Origin: an uncultured archaeon
Lineage (GTDB): Archaea > Iainarchaeota > Iainarchaeia > Iainarchaeales > JAAZKV01
Assembly (NCBI GenBank): GCA_964551375.1
Contig: CAZKBG010000002.1
Coordinates: 15,558 to 47,557, forward strand
Direction of reading: 5' to 3'
DNA: 32,000 nt
Below, one piece after another: positions 9,619-19,300 of the stretch. Position 1 is the stretch's first letter. Each line of letters opens with the position of its first letter. The position numbers and the translations under genes were made by a program. The notes beneath the pieces are model-generated. The model ran no database searches. It was not told the origin of the DNA and worked only from the letters and a program-made list of their open reading frames with translations.

Positions 9619-9792
9619 ATGAAAATGGCAGAAAAAGATGTTCAGCTTGGAATGATAATAATTGTTTTCGCGACATTTTTCTTTCTCTCGGGAGTGGACA
9701 TGCTTAGAATAAGAGTATTTGACGAAGGATTCAGCATGTTTTTAGCATTCATTTTAGTCGCAGTCGGCGTTTATATGGTGACAAAAAAGTAA
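9619..9792 (+). CDS. 57-aa membrane protein not in the supplied ORF track
   Basis: ATG at 9619 to TAA at 9790-9792: MKMAEKDVQLGMIIIVFATFFFLSGVDMLRIRVFDEGFSMFLAFILVAVGVYMVTKK; two predicted TM helices. Confidence 0.7.
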   Translation: MKMAEKDVQLGMIIIVFATFFFLSGVDMLRIRVFDEGFSMFLAFILVAVGVYMVTKK

Positions 9793-9929
9793 TCCTAAAA
9801 TTAATACTGTTTAAAATAAATAATTCTCTTTTTTTATGGAAAATAATCCTATTTTTTAGTTTAACTTTCAAAATTTTCCCCCTCGCAAGGTTTATTAACG
9901 AAAAAGCCCTTTTTTAGTGAAAAAACCAA

Positions 9930-12900
9930 GTGATAAAATTGGGGCTATATTCTGGGCTTGAAGGTAAGTGGTACGACTTTTTAGATGCTTTAGACAGGGT
10001 AATCCCTGTTTATGCAATCATTAATCCAATAGAGAAAGTAGTTCCAAGCTTTCCGCTATTTATTGTTGTACTTATACTTGTAATTTTAGGATTATTCTTT
10101 TTCTTAGGCGGAGGATTAAGCTTTGGAAGCTACTCGCTTGAACTTACAGTTCTTGACAAAAACGGGGACAGCGTCAGCGATGCGCTTGTGGAGCTGACTC
10201 AAACATGCGAAAATTCCGAATTGGATAATTTATCCGTGACTACAAATGATGAAGGGAAAGCTTTTTTTGAGCCGTGCGGACAGGCAGTTGAAATAAAAGT
10301 TACAAAAGCAAATTTTACAAAATTTGAAGGGACAGTATATCTTCCTGAAGACTCAAAGAAAAAAGTTACTCTTTCAGAACTTATTTTTATTGACAAAAAG
10401 CTAAAAGTCACCATTGTTGACGATGTGGGCGATTATATCTCAAAAGCAAAACTTTCCATGGCTTGCATCAGAGGAGGAAGCGCTTCAAAAACAGAAGTAA
10501 AATCCCCTCTTCCTGATAACTACCAGCCTTCAGGAGGATTTGAAATTGACGTGAACGGAAACTGTGAAGGAGTACGGCTTGAAGCAACTGCAAGCGGGTA
10601 TGAAACAAAAACAGTTTCAGTATTAAGCGATGAAACAACAAAAACAATCAAGCTTGAAAAAATAATTCAAAATGGAAACGCAAATTTTGCAACTGACAGC
10701 CCAATCGGACCGCAGGTTAGAACAGAAATATTAATAAGCGGAGAAAATAATTTTGAAAGGACATTAATCACACTAATTGACGGAAGCGTTGAAGCAACAC
10801 TTCCCCAAGGGCACTACACATACTCTGCCATAGTAAAAGGATTTGTTGAAACAGGAAATTTTGATGTGACTGCAAATGAAACAACCGATGTTTCAATTTA
10901 TTTTAGCGAATTAATTAATAATATAAATGACGACCCGACAAACCCTGAAGTAAAAAGCTTTTACCTAAAATTAGTTGACGGAAATACAGGTGTAAATCCT
11001 GCTGATTTGCAGGTATTTGTTCTCAAAGGAAATGATGTGAATAAATTAAGATTACTAAAAACAGACAGGGCTGGAATAATACAGCCTTCGCCTATAAACG
11101 ACACTAACGGAAAAACTTACAAAGGGCTTGCAAAAGCGGAAGGGTACAAGAAAAAACCAATTGATGTTGAGGTAAGAACATTTTCGCAGGGGCCTCAGAA
11201 TGTAACAATGCAACAGGGCGGAGCAACGTTAACTCTAAAAATTGTGGATGACTTAAATGCCCCTATAAAAGAAATAGTTCCAAAAATATACTTTGATGAC
11301 TTTGACGGGGTATTTGACCTGCTTGCCCAGACAAGCACTGCTGGAATTACAACTTATCGCGGACTTCCGAACGGGAATTACATAATTACTGCAAGCACAG
11401 CGATTGAAGAAGGCTCGCTATCCTTCAGTGTAAACGGAACCGATCTTGAACTAACACTTGTTTTATCAAACGCAAAAGGAAAACTGGATTTGGCGATAAA
11501 TGACGAATATGAAAAAGCAAAAGTTGAAATAAATTACGCTGTGGAGAAGAAGTTCGGCGATGAATTCAGCGAAGTGTTTAAGGGAATTTCATTTAACGGC
11601 GACGGAAACACTCCTTTAATCAATGCCGGAAGCTATGTGAGAATATTAATAGACGAGCCTGGTTTTTTGCCTTATGAAAGCTTTGTTTACCGAATCAACC
11701 GCACAACATCATCAAGCGGAAAAGACAAAACAATGTTTTTGAAGAAAAAATCCTCCCTTCCAAACCAAAAAGAACTGCAGATGATGCTAAGAGAAATTTA
11801 TTCAAGCAATCCAATAACAACCTCTGAAACAGTTTCTAATATTCTCCAAAAAGGGAAAAGATACTATCTTCTTTTTGACCTTGTTTTAAACAATAATCAA
11901 AGCCTGCCTGTTACAATCAGCGCATCAGTTGAACCGACTGAAACCGCTCTTTCAAAAGGAATGCGAATACAAAGCGGATACTCGGTTAACGGCTCAACTT
12001 ATGTGCTTTCTTCCCAGCCTACTTCATTTTTAGCGGACACAAATCTTGTTGATGCTGACGCTAAAAAAATAAATATAGTCATTCCTGATGCAAACGGGCC
12101 AAAAGTAATTCCGGTATTAATTGAATTTACTTTAGATGCCAACGCAACCGGAAAGCAGAAGCTGTTTTGGAAAGTAAAACAAGGCGCTAACGAAAGCCTG
12201 CAATACTCAAAAGAATTTGAAGTTGACAAAGCAATCTGCATGCCAAATAAAACAACCTGCCCCGATGTTATGTTCCTAAATTATTTGAACTGGAACAATA
12301 AAGGATGGGTGCTTATTGACGATTCGACAAAGAAAGTACAGCTTGGAGACACTTATGCTATAAAAACAATAGCGCAAAATATGGGTGATAAAGAAATAGG
12401 GACTGTTAACCTTACTGAAGAGCTGACTGCGTCTGATGCCCAGTACTTCAATTTAATTGACAACGGCGTTGACAAAAATTCAATGTTTAAAGTTGTGAAT
12501 GTAAAACCTCTTGAATTAACTGACGCGGTTGTAACAACATTAAATCTTAAAAAAGTTTCAGGAGGAGGAATCGGAGTAAAACAATCCCTGCGAAAGCCAG
12601 GGACTGACCAGAGCTTACTCGCGCTGAAAGGAAATCCAGACACAGGGGTAAGGCTTCAGGTTCAAAACAAGAAATTTGTCCAAATAAAAATATTTGCGAC
12701 AAATGTTCAAAATACAATATACGAAGGGGGAGTGTATCCTTACTTCTTTGTGAAAACAACTTTGAGCGAAACTGTGGCAGGATCAGGATATCCTGTTAGA
12801 GCAACATGGTCCGCAAAACTTGAAGGAAGCGACACTTATCTACCCTCAATGAGCGCAAGGCAGACTGATGAAAACGGAATTGAAGTTACAAGCTTTGACG

Positions 12901-15900
12901 CATCAAATCTAAAAATAGGGGACAGGGTTGTATTTGAAGCAATTGATGAAAATAATTCAATTCCAGTAAAACTTACTGTGACAGTAAAAACTGCAATAGA
13001 AACTCCTCCAGAAGAACAGCCTGAATGCCTAAAAGTAATGGTTGATGGAAGAGATGTTACTGGCATTGAATTTCCTACAAAAGAAATGGATGTGTCAATG
13101 CCTTCATCAATTTCCGTATTCTCCGCATGCGAAGAAAATAGGGATGTTGGAGTGTTAACAGACCTTCAGCAGTTAAGCCCCACAAGATTTATTATAAATC
13201 CAAACACAATGTACTCAATTTCGCTTGACGCAAACGATGTTGTAACCACACGCAAAGGAATGCTTGGAGTATACCCAGTTCAGGTAATTGCATTTGAAGC
13301 TGAAAAATACCACCAAGTTGACATGGTGGATATGATTGTAAGGGACAGAACCGCTCCGTTTGACATAAATTACCCTATTTTTGATTTTAGACAGGCGCAG
13401 ACTATCGCAAGCAAAATTATAAATAAAAAATACGCTGGCAGACAGGATGTTTATCTTCCAAGAGTTGAAATGGACGAGCCCGGAATTGAAATAACTTACA
13501 GAAAAAACGGGGTTCCAAGAAAAATTAATTTTAAAATACAAGTTGAGACAAAAGCGCTTGAAGCAATCACAATAGGATACTTAATATCTCAGGGGCTGAC
13601 TCAAACAAAAACAGGGAGTTCATGCGCTGGAGTTGCTGTTGGAACATTTTACGCGCCAGGCGCTAACGAAAGCGAATATTTTAAACTAAGAAGCGAATTG
13701 AGCTCGGTTTGGAGCGGAGTAGTAAGCAAATTCCAAAATAAAGGCACTGCTCCAAGAACTGACACAACCGCGCTAAATAGAAGCAGAACAGTTCCATTTT
13801 ATTCCCTTCCAAAAGAAGTGCAAAGCGAAATAATCTCAACGCTTTATAACGAAAGCGGATCATCTTCTTCCGTAACAGGAAGCGGACAGCTTGAAGAAAA
13901 TGAAAAAGTTGCAAAAGCATCATTTGCTTTGCAGGATTTGCCTCTTTCAAATAACACAAGTCCAGTTCATCCTGTAGTTGGGGCAATTTATGAAACTTAC
14001 CCTGATGTAATAGGACAGCCGAATGTGATGCCAAGAACATGCTATGAAGTAAGAAAAAATTGGACACTTACCCCTCTTCCAACGCTTGCTGATTATGATA
14101 TTGTAAATAACTGGAATACTGTTATTGAAGACAGCAACGGAAGATTATTTGTTGAATCAATAAATAAATGCACATACTGCGATATACTTTCATTTGGTTA
14201 CTTTGATAGCCAGTCGCTATCTTCACTTGTTACGACAAATGGAAGCACACTTGATAACTGGTATGGTGGGCATACTAATAACTCGGGGACAATAAAGCTA
14301 AGGCATGAGTTAATCAGAATAATGACGCCTGTGATTGAAAGAACTGTTACTTGGGATAAAAATGTTGAAATAATTCCACAGGAAGGGAAAATTTATGACC
14401 TTGGGGATTACAGCAGCAGCGTAACAAGCCTTATTCAAAAGTGGCCAAATAGCGTGACTTATAATGGAAGAAGCCCTGGCGATGTTTGGACTGAAGGGAC
14501 GACAAGAGTAACATATGCTGGCTCAATAAATGACGGATTCATACCATTTAGCTGGGCAAAGAAAAATGGAGTTGGCTATGCTGTTCCTGATGTGAATATT
14601 CCTTCTGTTGAATTTTATGGAGCAGACGCTTACGGAACAAATCAGTGGAAATACAGTAAAATAAAAAGCATACCAGCTGAAGCAAGCGGAGTAAGATTAT
14701 TTTTAAATAACAAACACCTTTACGGAGAATATATCGGGACATACAAGCAAACTCCTACTGGATATGTTATTGACAACAGAGGAGTAATTGATAGCAATGT
14801 AATTGATTTTAATATTACAAGAGCTGAATTTGCTGGCTCAAAATATGCAATAATTAAAGTAACCGACTGGGTTTCGGGAACGCAAAAAGTTACAAGAAGC
14901 TTCCAAGTAAGACTTGTCGGAAGCGAAGCCAACTGTTATAGTCCTGAAGGATATGAGGGAGTAAGCGGAGCAGAGTTCCAGACAAGACTAATGTACGATT
15001 GGGACTGGGCAAAAATTGCTCAAAACCAGTGCGACTTGGGGAATATGTCTTACACTTACTGCGACGGCGCGCAATTTAGCGTAAGCCTTATGAAAAAACT
15101 AATGCTGATTGATAATTTACTAAAAACAGGCGCACGAGAACAAATCCCGACTCACACAAGTTTTTACTCCTACTTAATCAAAGACAATTACTCGCAAGGA
15201 CTGCTTGATGATTTTGATGAATACTACTCAGGAGGAGCATTTACAACAATTGGATTCAATACTGTTGGGGATAATTTAGGATTTGACCAATTTATCAGCG
15301 AAAATAAAATAAGTTTTAGAGTCAGAGATGCTGAAGGAAATGTAACTGAAACTGGACAGCTTCCTTCAGGCGGAATATACCGAGTTGAAATAGATTTTAA
15401 TCTTGAAAATCAGAATATTAATTCACTGATGAAAAATGATGGGCCTAATGCGAGAATAATTGTTACTTTTTCAAAATATGCTTCTCCTCAGACAAACAAT
15501 CCGTTTTATGAAATTCCATTTGACGGAGAACTTGGAAAAGTGGGCAACACTTATGGAAGAAGAGAATATGGAATTGGAATAAGCGACTTGAGTCTAAAAT
15601 TAAACAGCGCAGGGACTATGGCTCTTCCTGCTGCAAATCCGATGAAATCAATTACTTATGTTACTTCAGAACAGCTTGATAAATTAAAAAACGGAGCTGT
15701 GCTTTACTATAATGAACTTGCGAACAGGCTTGAGTTTTATCCTCAGCAGCCGACTCCGGTAGTTATGAGCGTGACAGGAGCTCCTCCAACAGTTACTGCT
15801 GAATATGATTTGCTTGGATTTGACAGAACGACTCCTATGAAAAAAGAATGGATAATGAAATCATCCACAATCGGGGATAAGTGCACTGACTTTTCTGGAG

Positions 15901-16301
15901 AAAGAAAATTATTGTTTAATGAAACTGTTAACGGAACAAAAAGGACAATTTCTTGGACAAACACTGCGGAGAGTGGAAAAGTAAACCTTGCAACAATCTT
16001 CTTCACCGCGCCAAATAAAGACACAAGCGTTACAAGACAGGCTGGAAGCACAGTAGTTGAACTAAAAACAACAAAGAAAGCTCCTGGACTTGTTAACGGG
16101 CCTTCAATAAAACTAAGCTATTATGACACAAGCGGAATAATTGGATATGATTCGCTTCAGTGGGTATTTGACCAGGTAAAAGCAGGAAATATGTGCATGA
16201 CAAAAGACCCTAAAAATGAAATAAGAGTATGGTGGAGACCAACATACCTTGACTCATTAATTAAAGACGTTGATGTTGATGTTACTTCATGCGGCGAATA
16301 A
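9930..16301 (+). CDS. Giant N-terminally membrane-anchored surface protein with regulatory-like beta-sandwich repeats (2123 aa, GTG start)
   Basis: Long uninterrupted ORF; TM segment PLFIVVLILVILGLFFFLGG; followed by LTVLDKNGDSVSDALVEL.../LKVTIVDDVGDYISKAKL-type carboxypeptidase-regulatory-like units. Confidence 0.85.
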   Translation: MIKLGLYSGLEGKWYDFLDALDRVIPVYAIINPIEKVVPSFPLFIVVLILVILGLFFFLGGGLSFGSYSLELTVLDKNGDSVSDALVELTQTCENSELDNLSVTTNDEGKAFFEPCGQAVEIKVTKANFTKFEGTVYLPEDSKKKVTLSELIFIDKKLKVTIVDDVGDYISKAKLSMACIRGGSASKTEVKSPLPDNYQPSGGFEIDVNGNCEGVRLEATASGYETKTVSVLSDETTKTIKLEKIIQNGNANFATDSPIGPQVRTEILISGENNFERTLITLIDGSVEATLPQGHYTYSAIVKGFVETGNFDVTANETTDVSIYFSELINNINDDPTNPEVKSFYLKLVDGNTGVNPADLQVFVLKGNDVNKLRLLKTDRAGIIQPSPINDTNGKTYKGLAKAEGYKKKPIDVEVRTFSQGPQNVTMQQGGATLTLKIVDDLNAPIKEIVPKIYFDDFDGVFDLLAQTSTAGITTYRGLPNGNYIITASTAIEEGSLSFSVNGTDLELTLVLSNAKGKLDLAINDEYEKAKVEINYAVEKKFGDEFSEVFKGISFNGDGNTPLINAGSYVRILIDEPGFLPYESFVYRINRTTSSSGKDKTMFLKKKSSLPNQKELQMMLREIYSSNPITTSETVSNILQKGKRYYLLFDLVLNNNQSLPVTISASVEPTETALSKGMRIQSGYSVNGSTYVLSSQPTSFLADTNLVDADAKKINIVIPDANGPKVIPVLIEFTLDANATGKQKLFWKVKQGANESLQYSKEFEVDKAICMPNKTTCPDVMFLNYLNWNNKGWVLIDDSTKKVQLGDTYAIKTIAQNMGDKEIGTVNLTEELTASDAQYFNLIDNGVDKNSMFKVVNVKPLELTDAVVTTLNLKKVSGGGIGVKQSLRKPGTDQSLLALKGNPDTGVRLQVQNKKFVQIKIFATNVQNTIYEGGVYPYFFVKTTLSETVAGSGYPVRATWSAKLEGSDTYLPSMSARQTDENGIEVTSFDASNLKIGDRVVFEAIDENNSIPVKLTVTVKTAIETPPEEQPECLKVMVDGRDVTGIEFPTKEMDVSMPSSISVFSACEENRDVGVLTDLQQLSPTRFIINPNTMYSISLDANDVVTTRKGMLGVYPVQVIAFEAEKYHQVDMVDMIVRDRTAPFDINYPIFDFRQAQTIASKIINKKYAGRQDVYLPRVEMDEPGIEITYRKNGVPRKINFKIQVETKALEAITIGYLISQGLTQTKTGSSCAGVAVGTFYAPGANESEYFKLRSELSSVWSGVVSKFQNKGTAPRTDTTALNRSRTVPFYSLPKEVQSEIISTLYNESGSSSSVTGSGQLEENEKVAKASFALQDLPLSNNTSPVHPVVGAIYETYPDVIGQPNVMPRTCYEVRKNWTLTPLPTLADYDIVNNWNTVIEDSNGRLFVESINKCTYCDILSFGYFDSQSLSSLVTTNGSTLDNWYGGHTNNSGTIKLRHELIRIMTPVIERTVTWDKNVEIIPQEGKIYDLGDYSSSVTSLIQKWPNSVTYNGRSPGDVWTEGTTRVTYAGSINDGFIPFSWAKKNGVGYAVPDVNIPSVEFYGADAYGTNQWKYSKIKSIPAEASGVRLFLNNKHLYGEYIGTYKQTPTGYVIDNRGVIDSNVIDFNITRAEFAGSKYAIIKVTDWVSGTQKVTRSFQVRLVGSEANCYSPEGYEGVSGAEFQTRLMYDWDWAKIAQNQCDLGNMSYTYCDGAQFSVSLMKKLMLIDNLLKTGAREQIPTHTSFYSYLIKDNYSQGLLDDFDEYYSGGAFTTIGFNTVGDNLGFDQFISENKISFRVRDAEGNVTETGQLPSGGIYRVEIDFNLENQNINSLMKNDGPNARIIVTFSKYASPQTNNPFYEIPFDGELGKVGNTYGRREYGIGISDLSLKLNSAGTMALPAANPMKSITYVTSEQLDKLKNGAVLYYNELANRLEFYPQQPTPVVMSVTGAPPTVTAEYDLLGFDRTTPMKKEWIMKSSTIGDKCTDFSGERKLLFNETVNGTKRTISWTNTAESGKVNLATIFFTAPNKDTSVTRQAGSTVVELKTTKKAPGLVNGPSIKLSYYDTSGIIGYDSLQWVFDQVKAGNMCMTKDPKNEIRVWWRPTYLDSLIKDVDVDVTSCGE

Positions 16302-19300
16302 AAAACAAAAAAACGGGTAAAAAAATGGCTAAAGAAAGAAATAATTCTGAAGAATATCCTGATTATAAAACAAGTTACGCTGCCGAAAACGCTGAAGGCG
16401 GGTTTCCTATAAAAAAACTGCTGGTAATTGCGGGGGCAGTTGTAGTAATAATAATTATAGCAATACTTGCAATAAACCTTCTTGGGCAGACAAATAACGC
16501 GCTCTTTTATGATGTGTTTGGAAATATTTTGGGCTCAAAAGTTAGCATCTCAAAAGACGGGAAATTAATCGACTCATTTAACACTGACGGGGATGTGCTT
16601 CATTTGTCGGGAAACCCAAACGGGGATATTGATGTGGCAGTAAGACCCGGGAGCATATTATTCTCAAACAAAAATATTTCAGTCAATCTAAAATCAGGAG
16701 GAAAAATTGTAGTCAAAACAAGCCAAAGCGGAGCGGTTTATGTTGATGAAAATGGAATAGTTCATGTAATAATTAACCCACTTGAAGACTTAAATATCCC
16801 GGGGCATTACGATGACGAAACAGGCGAATTTATTATTGACGACCCGAATGTGGAAATTATTATAGAATATGTAATAGACGATCCAGACAGCGGCGAAACA
16901 GTAATTGTTGAACTTGAAGCGGATTTATCACTTTTAGAATCCCAGCAGGACGGATGCCTTTCATTAAGCAAAACAATGGTGAGAGATGTTACTCACTACG
17001 GAACACTTGAAACACCGACTACAATAAAATTACTTTGCGAACCGCAGGGGGAAATAGTAGCATTGCTTGAATGGAAAAGCGAAAGAATGGGAAATGTTGA
17101 AGTGGTATTTGGAAATTATTCATCCTCAACCCTTCTTGAAAAATATGAAAAGCCGATATTAATGCCAAAAGATTATTCTTACAATGCAAAAATAATTTAC
17201 ACTCCATTTAAGGAATTTGCAGGGCAAAAAGCGCAGTTCAATGTGAATATTCGATACGAAGCAAGCAAAGGCTCAATACAATTTGACGTCGCAAATGACA
17301 ATCTTGAACAGTGCATTGGAATAACTCCTGAAAAACTTCTTATCCCAAAAGGACAGGATGAAACTTCTATTACAATTGACGCTTCCACATGCCATTCTGA
17401 AAAAATTGAAGTATATCTCTGCGACGGCGACAGCGGATGCACTGGAGGCGCGCCAGAAGGGCAGATTGGAGTAGAACAACAAATGTTTGTATTAAGCCCA
17501 AAATCAAATCCTAAAAAAACAATCACTCTCTCAAGAGTGGATTTGCCTGGAGCTTATGGAATTACAATTCACGCAAGAACACCAAAAGCTGACAAAATAT
17601 TAATCGGAGAAGAAACACTAATTGTTGAGCCAAACGGAACAGAAGAACTTACTCCTGATAAATTTGTAATATCTTTAATGGGCGGAGCAAAAGACTCAAT
17701 GAGAATAACAAATACTTCCTTAGCTGAAGACATTGATGTTGACGCGTCAATTTGCTCGGTGTACAAAAATTCGCTTGGAACAATAGCCGAAAGCGAAGCA
17801 GGAAGCAATTACGGAATGGGCTTTCATAATGTGAGCGTATACTCGCAATCCTGGTGGAAAGACTTAAGGACAAGCTCGTCTAAATTTTCAGGAGACGGAA
17901 AATACCAAGCCGCTTTTACTAACACACTTGTTGAAATTGATTACCTTAGATACATAGCGCAGGCATACTCCGCAGAGAAAAATTACAAAATCAAAAAATC
18001 TTACATGGACCTAAAAGGAATGCCTGTAAAAGCGCAGATTTTGGTTGACGAAGCTGCGGTTGGAGTAACTAAAGCGCAGGATTTGAAAGATAAAATGGAC
18101 GCGGCGAATGAATTTGCTGAAGCAAATTTTGCGAGCCAGATTGTTTCTACCATAAGTTCTATTACAGGGCTTGCGACAACATATGCAATTCTTCAAATAG
18201 ACCTTACAACCTTGCAGGGGTATATTGAGACAATTAATGCCTGTCCGCCAGCAGTAGCTCCTTTGAAAGTTGCTACTCAAGCGCTTGCAAGAGCAAACAG
18301 TTCTACTGCAGTAAATGTAGCCACAGTTGCTGAGGGGATAAGCGCGGTAAATAGTATTTATTCAATATATCAAAATGTTGACAGCGTGACAAAAGAGACT
18401 GATGAAATAAATGCTACTGGCGCGCTTGAAGAAGCTAAAAACGTGCAGTCAAAAATAAAGGATGCAAAAAGCAAAATTGACAGTGCAAATAAAAATGTCT
18501 CGCTTGCGCTTGGCGAAGCCTCAATTGATGAATTCAAAAAATCTTCCGAACAAGACTATAAAGCAGAGGAATATTTGCGAAAAGCAAGAGAGGATATGCT
18601 TGATGCAAATGCGCTTTTAAAAGAAGCATTAACTTCGCAATTAAAAGCGAATGATTTTATCACAACAGTGCTTCCTGAATTGCCAAGCACCTCAGACACT
18701 GTTGTTCAAGGAGTTCAGCTTTTAGTTCAGCTTGTTACAATGCTTGGGATTGTTCATACACAAAGCGCCTTGATACAGGAAGCAATAACTGAAACATCCG
18801 CCGCAATGAAAGCCACTACAAGCGCTGTTGCCAGCGGGTGCAGCGCAGTAGCAACTTCAGAAGCATGTTGCCCTGTAATAGGCACTGACACAATGGCTGA
18901 AATAGAAGTGTCAAAATTACAGGCAAATTCTGCACTCTCTGTTGCAAGTGCATTATCAGTGCTTAACGCAGTTCAAACGGTATACTCAGCTTTTAGCACT
19001 TACAACACAATGACAAACGATTACACTGAACAGTTCAATAAAGTAAACGAGCAGTTCTCAACAAATGTTCAGGATATTTATGATATGCAGGATGAAGTAA
19101 AGCAGAGCCTAAAGAGCCTGCCTGAAGGAATTGACGCCGCAGAGTGGCTTGGGGATAAGGAAACGCAGGCAAGCAAAGCCGCAGGATACAGTTCAATAGT
19201 TGATTTGCCTGAAAGCTATAATAAAGAAAGACTCACAGGGCTTATTGGAACTGCTTTGATAAACGGATTTGTAAACGGGGCATACATCGGAGGAGTGTAT

